Shown in pieces: positions 20,901 to 28,288 of a stretch of 52,154 bases of DNA. Made by a program: the position numbers and the translations under genes. The notes under the pieces are model-generated. The model worked only from the letters and a program-made list of their open reading frames with translations, did not search any database and was not told where the DNA came from. Source of the DNA: Candidatus Micrarchaeota archaeon (GTDB lineage Archaea > Micrarchaeota > Micrarchaeia > Micrarchaeales > CABMGC01); the NCBI GenBank assembly GCA_027315135.1, contig DAHUYR010000036.1, positions 1 to 52,154 on the forward strand, in the 5' to 3' direction. The number at the start of each line of letters is the position of its first letter. Position 1 is the first letter of the stretch.

Positions 20901-22392
20901 TTCAAGAGATGAACCGGGATACAAACGCATAATAGGGACAGATCTTTACTTTATTACTGCAATTATAATTCTATTTGCAGCAGCGACAATAATCAGCATA
21001 TCTAACAGCCATATAAATATGCTTGGACAAGTTACTCCTCCTGTTAAACTGACAGAAGTTAACATCCTAACGGGCATATATTCATTTCCTTCAGCCCCAA
21101 CAAACCTTATTCTTGTAAACCAAGGCTGGAACAATAGCAACGGTTTTTACCTTTTTCAAGGCAACTATGTCCAAAACGTATATTCTCTTACAAATTACCA
21201 AACAATACAATGGTCTGCAGCAACAAATGGCACTTATCCAATAGCGTACTATGAAATATACAGGAACGGAGTGGCATACGCTACGGTAAATGCTCCTACC
21301 AAATTCCAAGGATATATCAACGGCGATATATTAACTGTAACAAACATAATCTCAGGGACAATAGTCGAAGGAGCCGACTACAATGCAACTGGAGTTGCAG
21401 CACAGACGATAATCAACATTACAAATAATGGTCATCAAATTAACGGCACGCCTGGAGGTATTGGTAGCTATTATGTGAATATTCCTCAGACAGCAGGCAG
21501 CGCGAATTCTCCAGTAACTTTCACAGCATGGCAATTCATAGACAGCAATGCCACAAATAGCGACAACAAATTTTTCAATTCAACCATAACGGCATACTCT
21601 TATGCAGTAGCTGCTGTCGACTCGCATAACCAGTCAGGTCCTATGGACACTAATTACACTTCATACGGATACTACAACGGCTATTCGGATTGGGGGTATG
21701 CTAACTACAATTACGGAGGAGGCACTTTCAACTTTTTCAGCACGGCTGGAGATCCGCCTGCAGTAAATGCACCTTACGTTATCCAGGCAAACACTATCGG
21801 CCATGGAGGCGGACTGCTAATAGTGGCAAACCCTCCCAGATCTCCAGACCTTACCTTTGGTATTGGGGCATTCAAATATGCGATAATAGAAGTTAATCCT
21901 GGTCCGTCCATAAATTATACTCTAGGAGTAGACCAATTCGTCCGCCTCCCTCCAGGAGACTTATACGGGTGGATGACATATAATGATTCAAATGCATTCA
22001 TATATGGTCCTATAGGTTATCCTAAGGTAAACACCTGGGAGACTCTCAAAATACCCCTTACAACTCTCGGTATCGGACAGTGCACATTCACAGGTTCAAT
22101 ATCTGGAAATGTTCTAACAGTGACTTCAATAGATTCAGGGCCAGCAATAGTCGAAGAAGGCGGCTTTATCTACGGTCCAGGGATACCTGCAGGCGCATAC
22201 ACGATAGGCAACAATCAGAGCAATGCCATCGGTACGTTCACTATTGCAGGGCCTGGGATAAATGCTTCTACGCATGTGCCTAGCGAAATCATGAGCTATC
22301 AGAAAACTGCTTTCTACAAGACAGGAATATGGGATAGCGGTCTTGGAGGACATATTTACTACGTAAGTAAAATAGGCTGGACTACTAATTAG
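17908..22392 (+). CDS. Surface protein 3: Ig-like domains, 6-repeat propeller, Thr/Gly linker, two internal TM helices, extra C-terminal FN3-like/carbohydrate-binding-like region
   Basis: Blade and Ig repeats as in the paralogs; TM segments at ~20701-20763 and ~20941-21003; PSAPTNL...W...YEIYRNG...YSYAVAAVD FN3 pattern. Confidence 0.8.
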   Translation: MHVYDSNNIGTLTVYVAVAIIAITVLPAFTNASITSVTLSPAKVTINSGSPVTFTVSWSGGTSPYDVSLFSSLTPSCNAYSTFVQQETAVSANSADFSSVTPSANTYYCAYVTDNSPEIYSISNIISSNSITQGFYYPVSTSFAPSGKYAYVTNPTGEDIVIINTTTNSIISAILKDTDPQEVAISPNGAYAYVTNLNDNNVSVINTTTNTVSELLNSGFSSPTGVAFSPSGTYAYVANLGSNNVVVINTATGTITSSITSGLSGPEGISFSHSGTFAYITNSASNNVVIVNTNSNTITGSIISGFSQPESVAIAPVGTYAYVSNPYAHNVVIINTATNSVLGAEALNSYDPMGMAFSSSGTYMYILNYSLYSGKVLVVNPGEEVANSTSSNIIINTPLQVPIITPSNPTIDFGQAITLTASLVGGNVPYNAIWYTGPSGNTCAQDSSNTLAAYYGLSTASNSLQVSPATSNSYCIIVTDSSNTPVTQLSQNDVVLVSSALNLPSITASNTPSVNTTQYELFSTSWSGGTSAYTANYLVFNTITHTVMANALYTGITVTSNAFLWKVPPVAYGNTISANVLITDSAYFSEKANSVNVTTITVSGTPPTSTTTSTTSTSSTSSTTSTTTTVSSGGGSSGGGGGSGGGGSFKPSVVPYNTSSVHGWKILNFSQDNTENVEINGKMFDITLNSISPTLVDISVNGYSYTLNVNQPVSLTGSSNYLLNLNSISYLPIVDTAAVYIYTNESIPTHITPVSVTTNESNPTIGINVTYLKPEVFNLAADNVIIGIRYLNSKSPNTIKGKLSVLNVTANMSLPANYVKIRLLNITENTTPVNQSLSLNLSIRYNCSIPSSRQSAFIYENGVWVKITTLSINSATCTTEFNISADPIVGLFEAKVISNTTSSTIPATSVPVTTVNNHANSTKTAGASHYSGGITAVVVASIIAVVAIVFYEYRRIKRGKIPPTVLPGSTATADSKINSTPSSTDASSGLGDTNRTEDSRDEPGYKRIIGTDLYFITAIIILFAAATIISISNSHINMLGQVTPPVKLTEVNILTGIYSFPSAPTNLILVNQGWNNSNGFYLFQGNYVQNVYSLTNYQTIQWSAATNGTYPIAYYEIYRNGVAYATVNAPTKFQGYINGDILTVTNIISGTIVEGADYNATGVAAQTIINITNNGHQINGTPGGIGSYYVNIPQTAGSANSPVTFTAWQFIDSNATNSDNKFFNSTITAYSYAVAAVDSHNQSGPMDTNYTSYGYYNGYSDWGYANYNYGGGTFNFFSTAGDPPAVNAPYVIQANTIGHGGGLLIVANPPRSPDLTFGIGAFKYAIIEVNPGPSINYTLGVDQFVRLPPGDLYGWMTYNDSNAFIYGPIGYPKVNTWETLKIPLTTLGIGQCTFTGSISGNVLTVTSIDSGPAIVEEGGFIYGPGIPAGAYTIGNNQSNAIGTFTIAGPGINASTHVPSEIMSYQKTAFYKTGIWDSGLGGHIYYVSKIGWTTN

Positions 22393-22417
22393 TCTAGTAA
22401 AAACTCTGCTTAAGTTA

Positions 22418-22446
22418 GCCTCAGTGCTTGTACCTATTCAGGCACG
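22418..22446 (+). repeat. Intergenic direct repeat, copy 2
   Basis: gcctcagtgcttgtacctattcaggcacg; can form a gtgcttg/caggcac hairpin. Confidence 0.7.
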
Positions 22447-22543
22447 TAATCAAAAGGTATTTAAGGGTAAACCCCTAAATACGATTGCTATTTTATACTA
22501 AAATTGCTAATTATATATGCAAAGTGTATATGTGGTGTAATCT

Positions 22544-23242
22544 ATGTACCCAAACGTGCAAGCTTATGATAGAGGAGTGATGTTCAATCCAGACGGAAGG
22601 CTCTTTCAGGTAGAGTATGCGAAGGAAGCAGTAAGAAAGGGCGCAACCTCTATAGGGATAGTAGGAAAGGACAACGTAGTACTTGTGGCGCACAAGAACA
22701 TAAACGACCCTCTGGCAGTGCCGAGCACTATACAGAAGGTATTCAGGATAGACTCACGCATATGCGCAACATATTCTGGAATGGTATCAGACGGACTGCA
22801 CATAATAGACACTGCAAGATCAAGCACCCAGAACCACAGAATGCTTTTCGACGAGATAAAGTCTATAGAATCACTTTCAAAGAACATCTCTTCATATATG
22901 ATGCAGGCTACGCAATACGGAGGAATGCGCCCATATGCAGTCTCGCTCCTTCTAGGCGGAATTGACGATCACGGACCTAGGCTCTTCGAGATAGAGCCAG
23001 GAGCATCATTCCTTGGATACAAGGCAGATGCTATAGGTTCAGGAAAGAAAGTGGCAATGGATCTACTCATCAAGGAATATGAGGATGACATGTCGCTTGA
23101 CAAGGCACTGGCTCTCGGAGTCAAGGTAATAAAGAAAGTGAGCGAAGGAAAACTCACAGAAGACAATCTTGACATAGGCTATGTGAACGAAAAGGATGGC
23201 TTCTCACTGCTTTCCAAGGAGAAGACTAAAGAATACATATGA
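22544..23242 (+). CDS. psmA: Proteasome alpha subunit
   Basis: YDRGVMFNPDGRLFQVEYA, TQYGGMRPY, AIGSG. Confidence 0.97.
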   Translation: MYPNVQAYDRGVMFNPDGRLFQVEYAKEAVRKGATSIGIVGKDNVVLVAHKNINDPLAVPSTIQKVFRIDSRICATYSGMVSDGLHIIDTARSSTQNHRMLFDEIKSIESLSKNISSYMMQATQYGGMRPYAVSLLLGGIDDHGPRLFEIEPGASFLGYKADAIGSGKKVAMDLLIKEYEDDMSLDKALALGVKVIKKVSEGKLTEDNLDIGYVNEKDGFSLLSKEKTKEYI

Positions 23243-23252
23243 CAGTGACAGC

Positions 23253-23936
23253 ATGTCCAAAACAGTAATAGCAAAATACTCTCATTCAGGAGAAGACTTC
23301 GAAATATTTGTTGATTCGGACAAGGCTTACGATTTCATAACCGGCAAGCTCAACGATCCGATGAAGGTACTGGAAGCAGAAGAGGTATTTTCTGATGCAA
23401 ACAAAGGAGAGCGCCAAAGCCAGGACAAGATAAAGAAGATATTTAATACGACTGACATCTCAAAAGTAGCAGAGTTCATACTCAAGCACGGAAATGTGCC
23501 GGTAACCACGGAACAGAAAAGCAAACTCATGGAAGATAAGAAGAGGCAGATAATAAACATAATAGCGCGTAATTCGATAGATCCAAGGACCAAGGCCCCA
23601 CATCCGCCGCAGAGAATCGAGAACGCGATGCATGAAGCAAGGATTACTATAGATCCTTTCAAAGGCGCCAATGAGCAGGTAGACGACATCGTCAAGAAGC
23701 TCAGCCTGAAGCTGCCTATAAAGTTCGCGACAATGAAGATCGAGGTATGCATACCTGCTGAATATACAAACAGATGCTATGGAACGCTCAAGCAGTACGG
23801 ATTGAAATCAGAGGAATGGCAGCCTAACGGCTCGCTCAAGTGCGTACTGGAATTCCCTGCAGGCTTGCAAGGTGAATTCTTCGAGAAGATAAACAACGCA
23901 ACAAAAGGAAATGTTACAACAAGAAATCTAGAATAA
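23253..23936 (+). CDS. Ribosome maturation factor SBDS/Sdo1
   Basis: GEDFEIFVD, VFSDANKG, DPRTKAPHPPQRIENAM; canonical position after psmA; start set at MSKTV. Confidence 0.95.
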   Translation: MSKTVIAKYSHSGEDFEIFVDSDKAYDFITGKLNDPMKVLEAEEVFSDANKGERQSQDKIKKIFNTTDISKVAEFILKHGNVPVTTEQKSKLMEDKKRQIINIIARNSIDPRTKAPHPPQRIENAMHEARITIDPFKGANEQVDDIVKKLSLKLPIKFATMKIEVCIPAEYTNRCYGTLKQYGLKSEEWQPNGSLKCVLEFPAGLQGEFFEKINNATKGNVTTRNLE

Positions 23937-23945
23937 AGTGAAAAT

Positions 23946-24545
23946 ATGCAAAGAATAGTAATACCGGGAGAAAAGATCAGCGACACCGCGGTAAGAATGC
24001 ACAATACGCTGATACACAATGGAAAGACCTACTCTATGATAGTGGGACTTTACAACGATGAAAAGAGCATGCTTATACCTTTAGAGGGATTGTGGCACCC
24101 TGCATACGGCGATACTGTAGTGGGAGTGATAGAGGAAGACAGACTGAACACCTACAATGTAACTCTAAATTCACCATACAAAGGCCTTCTGATATCCAAA
24201 TTCGTACAGGAGCAGCTGAACAAGGGTGATCTTGTAGAGGCATCTGTAAAGGAGCTTGACAAGACGCAGACCGTTGTACTGATGCGCCCAAGGAAACTGT
24301 CAGGAGGAAAGGTATTTTCCATAACGCCTTCAAAGGTTCCAAGAGTGCTTGGAAAGGGCAACAACATGCTAAGGGAACTCTCCGCAAGCACTAAATCCAC
24401 AATAATAGTAGGGCACAACGGAGTCATCTGGCTGAAGGGTGGGAACACGCAGCTTGCAATGGATGCGATACTAAGGATTCAGGAAGAGGCGCACACGACG
24501 GGCCTCACGGACAGAATAAAAGAAATGTTATCAAAAGGTAGTTGA
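23946..24545 (+). CDS. rrp4: Exosome RNA-binding subunit Rrp4
   Basis: IVIPGE, IPLEG, S1 and KH domains (PSKVPRVLGK, VGHNGVIW, EAHTTGLTDRI). Confidence 0.93.
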   Translation: MQRIVIPGEKISDTAVRMHNTLIHNGKTYSMIVGLYNDEKSMLIPLEGLWHPAYGDTVVGVIEEDRLNTYNVTLNSPYKGLLISKFVQEQLNKGDLVEASVKELDKTQTVVLMRPRKLSGGKVFSITPSKVPRVLGKGNNMLRELSASTKSTIIVGHNGVIWLKGGNTQLAMDAILRIQEEAHTTGLTDRIKEMLSKGS

Positions 24546-24546
24546 A

Positions 24547-25290
24547 ATGTCAGGATCAGGAGAAAAACCAGAATTAATGATAAATGGAAAGAGACTAGAC
24601 GGCAGAGGAGCCAAGGACCTCCGCAGTCTGAAAATTGAGTCTAACGTAGTGAAGAACGCTGCAGGATCGGCATATGTGGAATGGGGCAACAACAAGATTA
24701 TAGCAGCTGTACACGGACCGAAGGAGGCGCTGCCTAAGCACACCTCAGATCCGGAAAGGGCCGTGATAAAATGCAGGTACATGATGGCTCCGTTCTCATC
24801 ATTGGAAGGCCACGGGAGGACAGGTCCAAACAGACGTTCTACAGAGATATCAAAAGTTACAAAGGAGGTATTCGAGAATGTAGTGATGCTTGAGATGTTC
24901 CCAGGAACACAAATCGACATATATGTCGAGGTGTTGCAGGGTGACGGAGGCACGCGCGCAGCAGGGATAACTGCTGCTGCAGTTGCGATGGCTCTGTCTG
25001 GCATACCTATGACCGATGTCCCTTATGCAGTATCTGCAGGCAAGATAGGAGAGACTGTGGTGCTTGACCTTGATATGATTGAGGACAATTATTCGGATGC
25101 AGACATGCCTGTCGCAGTAAAGCCTCTTACAAATGAGGTGCTGCTGCTGCAGATGGACGGCTCATTTACAAAGGAGCAGTTCAAGGAAGCAATGGACATG
25201 GTAATTGAATCTGGAAAGCAGATACGCCAGATTCAGGAAGAAGCGATAAAGAAGCCATACCAGGATATAATAGGAAGATACGAGAAATGA
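24547..25290 (+). CDS. rrp41: Exosome RNase PH subunit Rrp41
   Basis: RLDGR, GSAYVEWGNNK, RRSTEISK, QGDGGTR, ADMPVA. Confidence 0.96.
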   Translation: MSGSGEKPELMINGKRLDGRGAKDLRSLKIESNVVKNAAGSAYVEWGNNKIIAAVHGPKEALPKHTSDPERAVIKCRYMMAPFSSLEGHGRTGPNRRSTEISKVTKEVFENVVMLEMFPGTQIDIYVEVLQGDGGTRAAGITAAAVAMALSGIPMTDVPYAVSAGKIGETVVLDLDMIEDNYSDADMPVAVKPLTNEVLLLQMDGSFTKEQFKEAMDMVIESGKQIRQIQEEAIKKPYQDIIGRYEK

Positions 25291-25294
25291 TTTT

Positions 25295-26080
25295 ATGCGC
25301 ATACCATCAGCAACAAAGGAGTTCATATCGGACTTGATAGCGAACAACAAGCGCGAATTCGGAAGAGCGCTTGATGAGTACAGAGAAATGGAAATCACAA
25401 AGAATGTGATACCGCACGCAGAGGGATCTGCGCAAGTGGTCCTTGGAAACACCAAGGTACTGTGCGGAGTTAAGATAACGGTAGGAGAACCGATGCACGA
25501 CAAGCCTAACGAAGGCAATCTGATAACATCTGCAGAGCTGCTGCCGATGGCATCAGAGGATTATGAAACAGGTCCTCCTTCCCCAGAAGCCGTAGAAATA
25601 GCAAGGGTCATAGACCGCGGAATAAGGGCAGCAGGCATAATAGACACTGCTGCACTCTTCATAGAAGAGGGAAAGGTCTGGGACGTTTTCGTAGATATAT
25701 ATGTTATAAACTATGACGGAAATCTATTCGATGCAGGTACGATTGCAGCCACAGTAGCCCTGTTAAGCGCAAGGATGCCGAAGCTTGAAGGAGAGAAGGT
25801 AATAAGCGAAGGAATAAAAGACAAGCTAAAGACAAATGGTATAATAACTTCATGCACCTTTGCAAAGGTTGCTAACAAGGTATTCATAGATCCGGACGGG
25901 AATGAGGAGATGTTCATGGACGCAAGAGTCACAATAGCAAATGACGGAAAGGAGATACGCGCCATGCAGAAAGGGCTTAGAGGAGGTTTCACTCTCCAGG
26001 AGCTCACCGCAGCGGTCGCAATGTCGTTTGAGAAGCACAATGAGCTGAAATCATTGATGGAAAAAACATTAGGTGAATGA
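25295..26080 (+). CDS. rrp42: Exosome subunit Rrp42
   Basis: AEGSAQVVLGNT, GPPSPEAVEIARVIDRGIR, DGNLFDA, AMQKG. Confidence 0.95.
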   Translation: MRIPSATKEFISDLIANNKREFGRALDEYREMEITKNVIPHAEGSAQVVLGNTKVLCGVKITVGEPMHDKPNEGNLITSAELLPMASEDYETGPPSPEAVEIARVIDRGIRAAGIIDTAALFIEEGKVWDVFVDIYVINYDGNLFDAGTIAATVALLSARMPKLEGEKVISEGIKDKLKTNGIITSCTFAKVANKVFIDPDGNEEMFMDARVTIANDGKEIRAMQKGLRGGFTLQELTAAVAMSFEKHNELKSLMEKTLGE

Positions 26081-26081
26081 T

Positions 26082-26333
26082 ATGTCAAACAGCAGCATAA
26101 GATACGGAGTAGTATTGAGAAAGAGAAAGGCATCTGTCCAGGCAGACAAAAGCGCTAGATACATGTGCGAGGTCTGCGGAAGGACGGCTGTAAAGAGGCA
26201 GGGAAACGCAATATGGAAGTGCAGGCACTGCAACGCAGTGTTTGCAGGAGGAGCATACACTCTGAAGACTCCATCAGGGGAGAATGCCATACACATATTG
26301 CAGAGGATAAAATCTGGTGCGACAAATGGTTGA
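26082..26333 (+). CDS. rpl37ae: 50S ribosomal protein L37ae (short N-terminus)
   Basis: RYGVVLRK, CEVC...VKR...IWKCRHC...FAGGAY; synteny after rrp42. Confidence 0.92.
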   Translation: MSNSSIRYGVVLRKRKASVQADKSARYMCEVCGRTAVKRQGNAIWKCRHCNAVFAGGAYTLKTPSGENAIHILQRIKSGATNG

Positions 26334-26697
26334 AATAACCTATTCACCTTTGCAGTCTCTTATCGTCCACGATATACTAGAGGTAGATCAGGACAGCATA
26401 ATGCGCGGAAGAGTGACGCCTGCAGGCACAATGCCACTTTACTGGTGCGACGGCTTCCTCTACAGCTTCTCATCGCTTCCAATGACTGACGAGGTTGTCA
26501 AGGACTACTTGAAAGGAAGAATACACTGGGCCGAAGTGCAGTTTGCAAGGCTCGACAGATACGAACCAGTACTCTCCCTCAATGAGGAGGAGTATAAGGC
26601 GGAGCTTAAGATAAGGGTCATGGACACCGGAATATCTGAGCTACACAGGGAATTTGTGAAATGGCTGAAGACCATGACAAAGAAACGTTCAAAGTGA
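26326..26697 (+). CDS. Hypothetical protein between rpl37ae and rpoP
   Basis: Overlaps the rpl37ae stop and ends 5 nt before rpoP; globular composition (PLYWCDG, GRIHW). Confidence 0.75.
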   Translation: MVEITYSPLQSLIVHDILEVDQDSIMRGRVTPAGTMPLYWCDGFLYSFSSLPMTDEVVKDYLKGRIHWAEVQFARLDRYEPVLSLNEEEYKAELKIRVMDTGISELHREFVKWLKTMTKKRSK

Positions 26698-26702
26698 TAA
26701 TT

Positions 26703-26834
26703 ATGGCATATATATGCATGCATTGCGGAAAAGAGGTAAAGTCGATAGAAAAGTTTGTAAGGTGCCCATACTGCGGTTACAGGGTCCTTGCAAAGAAAAG
26801 ATCAACTATAGTAAGGGAAGTATCAACAGATTAG
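26703..26834 (+). CDS. rpoP: RNA polymerase subunit P (Rpo12), absent from the ORF track
   Basis: Manual translation MAYICMHCGKEVKSIEKFVRCPYCGYRVLAKKRSTIVREVSTD*; zinc ribbon and superoperon synteny. Confidence 0.93.
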   Translation: MAYICMHCGKEVKSIEKFVRCPYCGYRVLAKKRSTIVREVSTD

Positions 26835-27073
26835 ACTCTGTCCCCCACTATAATGAGTTCTGCGACCTTCTTTACTCTCTTGTACTCTATGCTATTCTTA
26901 AGGAAGTCGGTGCGCAAATCGCTGCTCTTGGTCAGCTTGCTCATCTCGCTTAGAAGTAGGTGTGAAACCGCCGCGTTGTCAATATCAACAACAACCTCCT
27001 TTATCTCGCCAAGCATGTTGCCAGAAACCGAGAGGACCTTCTTCCCATAAAACTCAGAAATCATAACTCCCAT
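26831..27073 (-). CDS. PRC-barrel protein (CdpB-like)
   Basis: ISEFYGKKVLSVSGNMLGEIKEVVVD...IEYKRVKKVAELIIV. Confidence 0.85.
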   Translation of the reverse strand: MGVMISEFYGKKVLSVSGNMLGEIKEVVVDIDNAAVSHLLLSEMSKLTKSSDLRTDFLKNSIEYKRVKKVAELIIVGDRV

Positions 27074-27077
27074 TCAA

Positions 27078-27602
27078 TCATCTGATTCTGCTTACTTTCT
27101 TAGAGGCAAAAATTCTTATTATGTACTCCTGCAGAGTGCTTACGAACATGCTCTCGTTTTCCGAGAGTTCCTTAAGATCCTTTTCATCAAACAGCTCCTT
27201 CCTGCTAGCCACGAGGCTCTTCAGATAATCATCCGTCATCGAGTAAAAACGTTTGCTGCACTTCCTGCATATATATACGGGAACGACAGGGACATGGGTT
27301 ATAACTGATGGATGTACGAGGTCGAGCTCCCTGACAACCTCTCCGCCGCATGCGGTACAGTTCGCATCCACTGCCAACCCTGTATATCCTCCAGCGTCAG
27401 AGACATCCATGATACTTACTATTTCGGAGTAATTAGAATCTCCGGGCTTGACATAAAGCTGCTTTTCCACAAGTCCGCGTCTGTTGAACTCGGTGAATAG
27501 CATCCCATTCTGCGTATTCTCTATAAGGATGCATATATCTGCGCCGTTCCTGCTGTAAAAATCGCTTCTAAGGCGCGTATCACTGCTCCTGAAAAACTTC
27601 AT
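27078..27602 (-). CDS. Hypothetical protein with CxxC...CxxC zinc ribbon (YgiT/MqsA-like spacing)
   Basis: CTACGG...VPVVPVYICRKCSKRFY; start overlaps the histone stop. Confidence 0.7.
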   Translation of the reverse strand: MKFFRSSDTRLRSDFYSRNGADICILIENTQNGMLFTEFNRRGLVEKQLYVKPGDSNYSEIVSIMDVSDAGGYTGLAVDANCTACGGEVVRELDLVHPSVITHVPVVPVYICRKCSKRFYSMTDDYLKSLVASRKELFDEKDLKELSENESMFVSTLQEYIIRIFASKKVSRIR

Positions 27603-27814
27603 CAGCTCCCCTTCTTAATCACGTATTTTTCTATATCCTCCTTCGTAATTCTGTCTCTCTTGGAGCGCTTTGCATTCTGCACCGCAAATGCAGATATCTT
27701 CTCAGCTTCCTTTTCTAGTATCGCAGCTATCTTGTCAGCCCCGCCATCGGTTATCCTTGCCTTGAAATGACTCTTGACAAGCTCTTTTATCGCTTTCCTT
27801 GATAGTTTTGCCAT
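27602..27814 (-). CDS. Archaeal histone-fold protein
   Basis: 70 aa, basic; AIKELVK...RITDGGA...AKRSKRDRITKEDI matches the histone-fold L2/alpha3 pattern. Confidence 0.85.
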   Translation of the reverse strand: MAKLSRKAIKELVKSHFKARITDGGADKIAAILEKEAEKISAFAVQNAKRSKRDRITKEDIEKYVIKKGS

Positions 27815-27816
27815 TT

Positions 27817-27866
27817 AATCAGCACTCAAGATCGTCATCACTACTCAGACCTTCAGCTCATCATCT
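27817..27866 (-). ncRNA. C/D-box methylation guide sRNA
   Basis: Minus strand ATGATGA(C)-GCTGAAGGT-CTGA(D')-GTA-GTGATGA(C')-CGATCTTGAGTG-CTGA(D): four consensus boxes at typical archaeal spacing, with an upstream TATA. Confidence 0.85.
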
Positions 27867-27885
27867 CATACATTCTGCATGTAAA

Positions 27886-27894
27886 AGTATATAA
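27886..27894 (-). promoter_or_regulatory. TATA box for the sRNA/histone transcript
   Basis: Minus strand TTATATAC about 25 nt upstream of the C box. Confidence 0.55.
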
Positions 27895-27967
27895 TTGCCA
27901 AAGGTAAAAATCCTAACGTTTATAATCATTCACAGCAATATGTCCTTTGCTATTTGTGGTGTTATAT

Positions 27968-28285
27968 ATGATAGAAGATCTAGATGGAAAGCAGTTCGAA
28001 GAGAAAGTCATGCGTTCAAGCAAGCCTGTTATAGTGGATATATGGGCTACCTGGTGCGGTCCCTGCAGAATATTCTCCCCAGTAATAGAAGAGGTATCAA
28101 AGGATTTTGTTAGCAAGGCGACATTCTACAAGCTTGATGCAGATCAAAACCAGGAGATAGTGCAAAAATACGACATAATGGGCATCCCGACAGTTCTCCT
28201 TTTTGAAAAGGGAGTAGTGAAGGCAATGTCAGTCGGCGCCCTTCCAAAAGAAGCTTTCAGGAAGTGGGTCGTCAACAACTTATAA
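27968..28285 (+). CDS. trxA: Thioredoxin
   Basis: WATWCGPC, IMGIPT; start set at ATG 27968. Confidence 0.95.
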   Translation: MIEDLDGKQFEEKVMRSSKPVIVDIWATWCGPCRIFSPVIEEVSKDFVSKATFYKLDADQNQEIVQKYDIMGIPTVLLFEKGVVKAMSVGALPKEAFRKWVVNNL

Positions 28286-28288
28286 TAA

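Noticed and set aside
9981..22392. Diversity-generating retroelement acting on the surface proteins
   Set aside because: No reverse transcriptase or non-coding template repeat in the window, and the differences between copies are not evidently adenine-restricted.
26714..26953. 79-aa ORF in the track
   Set aside because: Shadow frame over the real rpoP (26703-26834) and the PRC-barrel gene.
27847..27854. sRNA D' guide region complementary to the tRNA-Arg intron (AGACCTTC)
   Set aside because: Only 8 nt, two of them inside the D' box; probably chance.
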